Shown here piece by piece: positions 1-6,284 of a DNA stretch of 10,226 bases (positions within the stretch are counted from its first letter, which is position 1; each line of letters opens with the position of its first letter). Source of the stretch: Planctomycetales bacterium. GTDB lineage: Bacteria; 4484-113. The DNA lies in NCBI GenBank assembly GCA_037445915.1, contig JBBIJQ010000014.1, positions 26,905 to 37,130 on the forward strand. Direction: 5' to 3'. The notes beneath the pieces are model-generated. The model did not search any database. It was not told the DNA's origin and saw only the letters and a list, made by a program, of their open reading frames with translations. A program made the position numbers and the translations under genes.

Positions 1-632
1 CCGCCGGATGCAGCATTGTTCCGGTTAGCATCCCACTAATGGACCTTCTGCTCCCTTGTTACCACATTCTCAGCCCAGCCGAAGCGTCATCCAATCTGGC
101 GCGCTACGATGGCATACGTTACGGGCTTGGCTTTCCAGCGGATAGAGATAGTAACTTGCACGAGCATTACATCAAGGTTCGGCAAGCTGGCTTCGGCGAA
201 GAAGTAAAAAGGCGCATCATAAGCGGAACATATGTGCTTTCAGCAGGTTACGCCGAGGAGTATTACAACCGCGCGCGGATGGTGCGCCGCCAGGTGGCGG
301 GAACCGTCGCTGAACTTTATAAACAAGTAGATTTCCTAATCGCCCCAACTACTCCCGGAGTAGCCTTCAAGCTTGGCGAGAAGCTGGACGATCCAGTAGC
401 GATGTATGCAGCCGATGCTTGCACTGTGCTCGCGAGCCTTTGTTCAATGCCGGCAATTTCGCTTCCCGCCGGTATTAGCCGTGATGGATTGCCAGTGGGG
501 GTGCAGCTTATGGCGCCGCGCATGAACGATGCGCTGCTGTTAGCGCTTGCGCGTCTTTTTGAGAGAAAGCACGGCTTTGTTTTCCAAGTGCCGCCATTAG
601 TAGCTGATGCTTTAGCGAGGTTTGAGGGCTGA
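1..632 (+). CDS. gatA: Asp-tRNA(Asn)/Glu-tRNA(Gln) amidotransferase subunit A, C-terminal part (5'-truncated by the window)
   Basis: The frame is open from base 3 (AGCSIVPVSIPLMD...), so the ATG at 39 is internal. It has the GatA motifs AEASSNLARYDG, GFGEEVKRRIISGTYVLSAGY and GLPVGVQL. Its stop overlaps the gatB start (TGATG). Confidence 0.96.
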   Translation, partial: AGCSIVPVSIPLMDLLLPCYHILSPAEASSNLARYDGIRYGLGFPADRDSNLHEHYIKVRQAGFGEEVKRRIISGTYVLSAGYAEEYYNRARMVRRQVAGTVAELYKQVDFLIAPTTPGVAFKLGEKLDDPVAMYAADACTVLASLCSMPAISLPAGISRDGLPVGVQLMAPRMNDALLLALARLFERKHGFVFQVPPLVADALARFEG

Positions 633-2110
633 TGGAATACGAGCCGGTAATAGGGCTGGAGTTTCATGCGCAGTTGAAGACGCGCAGCAAGCAGTTTTGC
701 GGCTGCAAGGCCGAAAACATACACGAACTCGCGGAAGCCAACAAGAACATTTGCCCAGTATGCCTTGGGCATCCGGGGGTGCTCCCCGTCCTGAATGGGG
801 AAAGCGTTTTGCTAGCGATGATGTTTGGGCTGCGGGCCAATGGCGAAATCGCTGAGCGGAGTATATTCGCTCGAAAACAGTATTTTTATCCCGACCTTCC
901 TAAGGGATACCAAATTACCCAGTACCAAACACCTCTAGTGTCTGGCGGGGAGTTAACGTATCGGGAAGGAGGAGAAGCTAAAGCCGCTTCTCTCCTGCGA
1001 GCGCACCTAGAAGAAGACACGGCAAAGATATTTTACCAGCCTGACGGCGGCTTGTTGCTAGACTTTAACCGTGCGGGGATCCCGCTTTTAGAGATTGTCA
1101 CAAGGCCATGCTTCACAAGCGCGGTTGAGGCCGTAGTCTTTGCGGACGAACTTCGAAGAGTCTTGCGCGCCATGGGTGTATCGGAAGCGAGCATGGAAGA
1201 TGGCAGCTTCCGCTGCGAACCGAACATCTCTGTGCGCCCAAAAGGGACGACAGAACTGCGGACAAAGACCGAAGTAAAGAATCTTAACTCGTTCGCAATC
1301 ATACGGAAGGCGCTGGAATCCGAATTTAATCGCCAAGTCGAGCTCTACGAGGCACAGGAATTGGTTCTTCCATGCACGATGCGTTGGGATGAAGCAACGG
1401 CCCGAACTGTCCCGATGCGATTGAAGGAAACGCAGGCTGATTACCGTTACTTTGACGAGCCCGATTTGCCTCCGCTCGTGCTTGATAAACGGCTCTTTGG
1501 CGAGGCTCAAGCTAGATACGACAAGAGTTTTGTAACCCTCAGTTTTCGTGGAGGGGAACGCAGATTCCCTGCGGGAACGGCCTGCCTCGTAGGGTTTTTG
1601 CATGATGAACTTAGCTTGCAAGAGCGTGATGCCATTCTTCTCGCGGAAGACTATGAGTTATTGAGGCTTGTTTTAGATTCAGGGCATGAGACTGGCGACT
1701 ACGGCACTGCTGCCGGCATCGTACTAAATGAGCTGAGGCCGGCGCTTTTAGCGCATCCTGAGTTGAGAGAGCGTAGTTATTCAAAGCATGTAAAGGAGCT
1801 GTGCAGCATGCTGCAAGCCCAAAAAGTGAATTATGGCCAGGTGAAGGCTGTTCTCAGTGGTGTGCTGGCTACAGGCTGCACGGTTGAGGAAACCTATTGT
1901 AAACTTGGCTTTGACCGGCAAGTCGGCGGAGATGCCCTTAAGATTGTTTGTTCAGAGGTAATCGCTTCTAACGAGAAGGCTGTTTTAGACATTAGGAATG
2001 GGAAATCTGCCGCTCTGCAAGTTCTAGTTGGTCAAGTCATAAAAGCTACTCAAGGTAAGGCCAAACCAAATGAGGCGTTGGCCGAACTAAAAGAACAGCT
2101 TGGATTGTGA
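632..2110 (+). CDS. gatB: Asp-tRNA(Asn)/Glu-tRNA(Gln) amidotransferase subunit B
   Basis: Motifs VIGLEFHAQL, CPVCLGHPGVLP, RKQYFYPDLPKGYQITQ, HLEED, DFNRAGIPLLEIV, EVKNLNS, DYRYFDEPDLP and a C-terminal YqeY-like GQVIKATQGKAKP. Coupled to gatA. Confidence 0.97.
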   Translation: MEYEPVIGLEFHAQLKTRSKQFCGCKAENIHELAEANKNICPVCLGHPGVLPVLNGESVLLAMMFGLRANGEIAERSIFARKQYFYPDLPKGYQITQYQTPLVSGGELTYREGGEAKAASLLRAHLEEDTAKIFYQPDGGLLLDFNRAGIPLLEIVTRPCFTSAVEAVVFADELRRVLRAMGVSEASMEDGSFRCEPNISVRPKGTTELRTKTEVKNLNSFAIIRKALESEFNRQVELYEAQELVLPCTMRWDEATARTVPMRLKETQADYRYFDEPDLPPLVLDKRLFGEAQARYDKSFVTLSFRGGERRFPAGTACLVGFLHDELSLQERDAILLAEDYELLRLVLDSGHETGDYGTAAGIVLNELRPALLAHPELRERSYSKHVKELCSMLQAQKVNYGQVKAVLSGVLATGCTVEETYCKLGFDRQVGGDALKIVCSEVIASNEKAVLDIRNGKSAALQVLVGQVIKATQGKAKPNEALAELKEQLGL

Positions 2111-2129
2111 ATTAGGCAGCCCTAGCCGC

Positions 2130-2190
2130 AGATATGGTAATATCTAAAAGGTAATGAGCCTCGCTTGAGGTAAATCCACCTATACGGAGG
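2130..2190 (+). promoter_or_regulatory. Putative gap promoter (extended -10-like TGgTAATAT) and Shine-Dalgarno
   Basis: TG-G-TAATAT at 2135-2143 lies inside a 6-4-6 inverted repeat (2130-2145). GGAGG at 2186-2190 is 5 nt before ATG 2196. The SD is clear; the promoter is tentative. Confidence 0.4.
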
Positions 2191-2195
2191 AACGG

Positions 2196-3203
2196 ATGGG
2201 CGTTAGAATCGGCATAAACGGATTTGGGCGCATCGGTCGCCTGGTAAGCCGCATAGTTATGGGCTCTGATGATGTTGAGCTCGTTGGCGTAAATGACATC
2301 GCTCCTATAAGAGTCCTTGCGCACCTTTTCAAGTACGACTCCACATATCATACTTACAAGGGCAAGGTTGAAGTTGACGGCGATTCGCTGGTGATTGACG
2401 AGAAGCAGGTAAAAGTAACTGCCGAGCGCGACCCGGCAAACCTGCCTTGGGGTAAGCTTGGCGCTGATATCGTCCTTGAATCAACGGGGTTCTTCACCAC
2501 AAGGGAAGACGCAGGTAAGCACCTTCAGGCTGGGGCAAAGCGCGTAATAATCTCTGCTCCCGCTAAAGGCGGGGTGCCTACATTCGTCTTGAAAGTGAAC
2601 TGCTCAAAGTATGATCCGTCAAAAGATTTCATCGTTAGCAACGCGTCGTGCACGACAAACTGCCTAGCTCCTGTTCTAAAAGTTCTTAATGATAACTTCA
2701 CGGTTGAGCACGGCTTGATGACGACCATTCACGCAGTCACGAATGACCAGCGAGTGCTGGACTCGCCGCATGAAGACCTCGCCCGCTCCCGCGCATCCTA
2801 TGAGTCTATGATACCGACTAAGACCGGGGCTGCGTCAGCTATCGGGTTAGTGATACCTGAAGTGGAAGGCAAGCTAGACGGCCTGGCGATTCGCGTTCCA
2901 ACTATCACGGTAAGCCTAGTGGACATTGCCTGCACTGTCGCCAAGGAAGTGTCTGTAGAAACAGTCAACTCTGCGATGAAGTCTGCTGCCGATGGGCCGA
3001 TGGCTGGTGTTATTGAGTACAACAGCCTGCCTCTGGTTAGCGTAGATTACCGGGCAAACCCGCACAGCGCTATATTTGATGCCCCGCTTACGAAAGTGGC
3101 GGGCGGCAAGCTCATCAAGGCGTTTGCCTGGTACGATAACGAATGGGGTTACGCTTGCCGCTGTGTGGACTTCTTCAGGCTTATGGCTGAAAAGGGCGTT
3201 TAA
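2196..3203 (+). CDS. gap: Type I glyceraldehyde-3-phosphate dehydrogenase
   Basis: INGFGRIGR Rossmann motif, catalytic SNASCTTNCLAP, C-terminal WYDNEWGY, 335 aa, strong SD. Confidence 0.98.
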   Translation: MGVRIGINGFGRIGRLVSRIVMGSDDVELVGVNDIAPIRVLAHLFKYDSTYHTYKGKVEVDGDSLVIDEKQVKVTAERDPANLPWGKLGADIVLESTGFFTTREDAGKHLQAGAKRVIISAPAKGGVPTFVLKVNCSKYDPSKDFIVSNASCTTNCLAPVLKVLNDNFTVEHGLMTTIHAVTNDQRVLDSPHEDLARSRASYESMIPTKTGAASAIGLVIPEVEGKLDGLAIRVPTITVSLVDIACTVAKEVSVETVNSAMKSAADGPMAGVIEYNSLPLVSVDYRANPHSAIFDAPLTKVAGGKLIKAFAWYDNEWGYACRCVDFFRLMAEKGV

Positions 3204-3205
3204 GA

Positions 3206-3937
3206 TTGCGGCCTAGCTGCTATATCTTGGCACGCATATTTTGCGTTTTAGCAGTGCCGGTCGCTGCAGTTGTTTTGGCAGCAGGAGCTTCTGCTTCAGC
3301 AAGTAGCGGTATCACGGGGTCTTTCCGCCTCACTGTCGCGAAGGTGTTTAAGGGTTCTGACCAGCATACATTTGTGGCAAAGATGGAAGGTAAGTTCTGG
3401 TCATGCGGAAAAAGCTGCGCGGCTGAAACGGCATATCCTCTTCCTGGCGGCGGAACAGAGAAGGTGTGTATTCTGTTGATTGAGGATGGCAACAAGCTGT
3501 TGCTTTTGTATCCCGAAACGATGAATTACCGCCGCATTCAGCTTTCTGACGAAAGCAAAGCCCTACTTAAGACGGTTTCACCCGCCATCGGGACTTCTTT
3601 CGCCGCCACGCCGGAGATGTTTGCGAACAGCGGCTTTAGCTTAGAGCCGTTGGGTAGGCAGGATGTAGAAGGCGAAAGTCTCCTTGCTTACCGTCTTAAG
3701 TTGCCCGATGGAAAGGAGCCAGCAGTAAAAGGAACCTCTGGGCAGGAATGGAAGCTCAGGCTGTATTTCATGCCCAATCACCGCCGGCTTCGCATGATGC
3801 GCGTCTGCACGCCTGAATTGGATTTGCGCCTATTTATCAGCGGCGTGAAGCAGTCAGAACTGGACGATGATGTGTTTAACGTTCCAATTGGGTATTATGA
3901 ACTTAAGCCAGAGGGTCGGCTTAAAGGCTTGCGATAA
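3206..3937 (+). CDS. Secreted hypothetical protein, DUF4412-like
   Basis: 243-aa ORF exactly filling the space between gap and the sigma factor gene. TTG start is uncertain. The N-terminus is a hydrophobic, Ala-rich signal-peptide-like segment (..AAGASA). LGRQDVEGESLLAYRL and C-terminal DDDVFNVPIGY resemble DUF4412-type motifs, judged by recollection rather than a search. Confidence 0.7.
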   Translation: MRPSCYILARIFCVLAVPVAAVVLAAGASASASSGITGSFRLTVAKVFKGSDQHTFVAKMEGKFWSCGKSCAAETAYPLPGGGTEKVCILLIEDGNKLLLLYPETMNYRRIQLSDESKALLKTVSPAIGTSFAATPEMFANSGFSLEPLGRQDVEGESLLAYRLKLPDGKEPAVKGTSGQEWKLRLYFMPNHRRLRMMRVCTPELDLRLFISGVKQSELDDDVFNVPIGYYELKPEGRLKGLR

Positions 3938-3939
3938 AT

Positions 3940-4824
3940 ATGGATATAGACGAAAAAGACCGCGCACTTCTGCGAGATATTGAAGACACGCGCCTTGAAA
4001 GCTCTTTGATGGCATATTTGAGCCTTATTAGCAATATCGCTTTGTTAGATTCCGCCGAGGTTGACCGGTTGATTCATGTCTTCCGTGACCCACTCCTTCC
4101 TGAGGAAACGCGCCAAAACGCGCGAGAGAGACTCATACTTGCCAACACACGCCTGGTCGTGAGCATCGCGAAGCAGTACTACAGCGCGGGTGTCCACCTA
4201 ATGGACCTGATTAGCGAAGGAACGATAGGGTTAATGGTTGCGCTAAATAAGTTTGAGCCGGCCAAGGGTTTTCGTCTCTCAACATACGCTACATGGTGGA
4301 TTCGCCAGCGCATTCTCCGTTACATCATCAATAACCAGTCGCTTATCCGCGTTCCGGAACACATCATAGACAAGATAAACAAGCTTAACCATGCTACGGC
4401 TAACTTCCGGGCCGCTCACAAGCGCGAACCAGATTTGAGCGAGCTTGCGGAAGCTACCGGCTTTACGAAGGAAGACGTAGAAAAGTACACTTCATCGGTT
4501 CCAACCATCTTGTCAATTGAGGATAACAGCAGTTCGAACGATGATGAGAAGTCACTTAGCCTTCAGGAAAGAGTGGGTGACGGTGAACGGATTATTCAGC
4601 ACGTCCTGGAGCAGAAACTTGTTGAGCAAATGCTGAAGCTGTTAGACCAGAAAGAATGCCATGTAATCTCTCGCAGGTATGGCATTCGTGAGGACGGCCA
4701 TACAGATGAACCATCCACGCTTGAGGAACTTGCGCAGGAGCTTGGGGTTAGCCGTGAGCGCATCCGCCAGATAGAAGTGACCGCTCTAAAGAAAATTAAG
4801 CGGGAATTCCTTCGGCGGAAGTGA
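3940..4824 (+). CDS. RNA polymerase sigma70-family factor (RpoD/RpoS-like regions 1.2-4, no region 1.1); likely an alternative sigma
   Basis: Region 1.2 (LMAYLSLISNIALL), region 2 (ANTRLVVSIAKQY..DLISEGTIGL..KFEPAKGFRLSTYATWWIRQ), region 3 (IRVPEH..REPDLSELA) and region 4.2 (TLEELAQELGVSRERIRQIE). Only 294 aa. Confidence 0.93.
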   Translation: MDIDEKDRALLRDIEDTRLESSLMAYLSLISNIALLDSAEVDRLIHVFRDPLLPEETRQNARERLILANTRLVVSIAKQYYSAGVHLMDLISEGTIGLMVALNKFEPAKGFRLSTYATWWIRQRILRYIINNQSLIRVPEHIIDKINKLNHATANFRAAHKREPDLSELAEATGFTKEDVEKYTSSVPTILSIEDNSSSNDDEKSLSLQERVGDGERIIQHVLEQKLVEQMLKLLDQKECHVISRRYGIREDGHTDEPSTLEELAQELGVSRERIRQIEVTALKKIKREFLRRK

Positions 4825-5735
4825 ACAACAGCTTTATCCCAGGATATCTCTGCATAGATGAAGCGGAATTCGCATGTCGCGTTGAGAATCTAAAGGGGTT
4901 GCTTAGCCCCTGCAACCTGTGCCCTCACAAGTGTAAATCAGCCCGTGATAAGGGCGAGCTTGGAAAATGCCGTAGCGGAATGGCCGTTAGAGTTTCATCA
5001 GACAACCTGCACTTTGGCGAGGAGCCATGCCTGGTTGGTTATGGTGGCAGTGGCACAATCTTTCTGACAGGCTGCAACCTCAGATGCTGTTTCTGCCAGA
5101 ACTACCCGATTAGCCAGTTACTGAACGGACGAGAAGTTAGTGACTTATGGCTAGCAGATGCAATGCTCCGCCTGCAAAGCGACGGCGCCGTTAACATCAA
5201 CTTTGTTTCGCCAACCCACTACACCGCCCAGGTGGTTAGGGCAATAGCTATAGCACGCGGAAAGGGGCTGCGCCTTCCCGTCGTATGGAATAGCGGGGGA
5301 TATGAAAGCGTTGAGACGATTAGGGAGCTTGAAGGCATTGTTGACGTTTACCTGCCTGACGCTAAGTATTCCAGTAACGAGCTTGCGTTTAGACTCAGCG
5401 GAGCAGAGGGATATGTTGAAGTGAACAAAGCAGCTATCTATGAAATGTGGCGGCAGGTAGGAAAGCTGGATATCCGCAATGGAGTAGGCGTGCGTGGGCT
5501 TTTAGTCAGGCATCTTGTTATTCCGGGACAGGTGGAAAACACGCGAGGCGTGCTGGAGTTTTTGGCGGGCATTGATAAACGCGTTGCGGTAAGTTTGATG
5601 TGTCAGTACTTTCCTGCGCACAAGGCTTTTAGCGACGAAACCCTGAACAGGCGCGTAAAGCCCGCCGAATGGGAACAAGTCCTAAAGTGGGTTGGAGAGT
5701 TTGAGATTAGTGAAGGCTATATACAGCAGTTGTGA
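4821..5735 (+). CDS. Radical SAM protein, PflX-like (COG1313-type putative PFL-activating enzyme; real function unknown)
   Basis: Radical SAM CxxxCxxC (CNLRCCFCQN), an extra N-terminal Cys cluster (CNLCPHKC..C), and family motifs HFGEEPCLVG..GSGTIF, NINFVSPTH, VDVYLPDAKY and RHLVIPG. The GTG start overlaps the sigma stop (GTGA). Confidence 0.9.
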   Translation: MNNSFIPGYLCIDEAEFACRVENLKGLLSPCNLCPHKCKSARDKGELGKCRSGMAVRVSSDNLHFGEEPCLVGYGGSGTIFLTGCNLRCCFCQNYPISQLLNGREVSDLWLADAMLRLQSDGAVNINFVSPTHYTAQVVRAIAIARGKGLRLPVVWNSGGYESVETIRELEGIVDVYLPDAKYSSNELAFRLSGAEGYVEVNKAAIYEMWRQVGKLDIRNGVGVRGLLVRHLVIPGQVENTRGVLEFLAGIDKRVAVSLMCQYFPAHKAFSDETLNRRVKPAEWEQVLKWVGEFEISEGYIQQL

Positions 5736-5759
5736 AACAGAATGCATTTGTGGTATACT
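5730..5759 (+). promoter_or_regulatory. Sigma70-type promoter for the RRM gene
   Basis: TTGTGA (5730-5735), 18-nt spacer, and extended -10 TG-G-TATACT (5751-5759). Predicted +1 near 5766. Confidence 0.65.
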
Positions 5760-5765
5760 AACCGT

Positions 5766-5912
5766 GCTTAGTCCAAAACTGGGCGCTGTTCGAAGGTGCG
5801 GCTACGGTACGATCTGCTTGAAAGGCACAGCCTGAAACGGTAGATTTCCGGGTTTCCCTAAGGCAACGACGGCAAGGAGTAAGTTAATCTATCTTTTCAG
5901 GGCAGGTACCTT
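5766..5912 (+). promoter_or_regulatory. Long structured 5' leader of the RRM gene (candidate cis-regulatory RNA)
   Basis: 5831-5846 CCTGAAACGGTAGATT pairs with 5886-5901 AATCTATCTTTTCAGG at 15 of 16 positions (one G-U). The helix is extended by 5814-5817/5902-5905 and 5806-5810/5906-5910, ending 2 nt before the ATG. Confidence 0.55.
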
Positions 5913-6191
5913 ATGTCTAAGAGGCTTTACGTTGGTAACCTCACTTACGCTACCACAGAGGAAACGCTTCGTGCAAAGTTCGGCGTGCATGGGAATGTTA
6001 CTTCTGTGACCATCATCCAGGGCAAGGGATTCGGTTTCGTGGAGTTTGATTCTGAAGCTTCCGCGCAGGCAGCCAAGATGGCGATGAATCAGACCGAAGT
6101 TGACGGTCGCACTATCCGGGTTGACGATGCCCGCGCTCGAGAAGAGCGTGGCCCGGCGCCTGGCGGCGGCGGCGGTCGTCGTTTCCGCTAA
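5913..6191 (+). CDS. Single-RRM RNA-binding protein with Gly/Arg-rich tail (bacterial Rbp type)
   Basis: RNP2 LYVGNL, RNP1 KGFGFVEF, DGRTIRVDDAR, tail GPAPGGGGGRRFR, 92 aa. Confidence 0.96.
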   Translation: MSKRLYVGNLTYATTEETLRAKFGVHGNVTSVTIIQGKGFGFVEFDSEASAQAAKMAMNQTEVDGRTIRVDDARAREERGPAPGGGGGRRFR

Positions 6192-6243
6192 GATCGGTCG
6201 TAGCGAAGCCGTATAACTGAAAAACGCATATAATGCGCTTTCT

Positions 6244-6275
6244 GACCGTACGTGGCATCTGTGCCACGTGCGGTC
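6244..6275. terminator. Strong hairpin between convergent genes (probable bidirectional terminator or 3'-end stabiliser; no U-tract)
   Basis: GACCGTACGTGGCA-TCTG-TGCCACGTGCGGTC forms a 14-bp stem with one U-G pair on the + strand and a 4-nt loop. Confidence 0.6.
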
Positions 6276-6284
6276 GCGGCGCAT

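Noticed and set aside
317..3495. Alternative-frame and antisense ORFs over gatA, gatB, gap and the secreted protein (317-772, 622-855, 1033-1302, 1088-1621, 2112-2351, 2525-2728, 2798-3022, 3220-3495, 3270-3479)
   Set aside because: They overlap well-supported genes and have no recognisable motifs, so they are treated as shadow ORFs.
5783..5799. GTTCGAA T-loop-like hairpin suggesting a tRNA
   Set aside because: No acceptor, D or anticodon arms can be built around it, and the stem is weak.
5766..5912. RRM leader as 6S RNA or a known riboswitch (c-di-GMP, Moco; CCTAAG resembles half of an 11-nt tetraloop receptor)
   Set aside because: There is no two-sided central bubble or own terminator for 6S, and the conserved riboswitch cores are not matched by eye. 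An Rfam scan would settle it.
6162..6176. GGC triplet run
   Set aside because: It encodes the poly-Gly tail typical of bacterial RRM proteins.
5889..6284. 131-aa antisense ORF starting immediately after the peptidase stop
   Set aside because: It fully overlaps the clear RRM gene, runs through the hairpins and has no recognisable domain. The TAA-ATG adjacency is probably chance.
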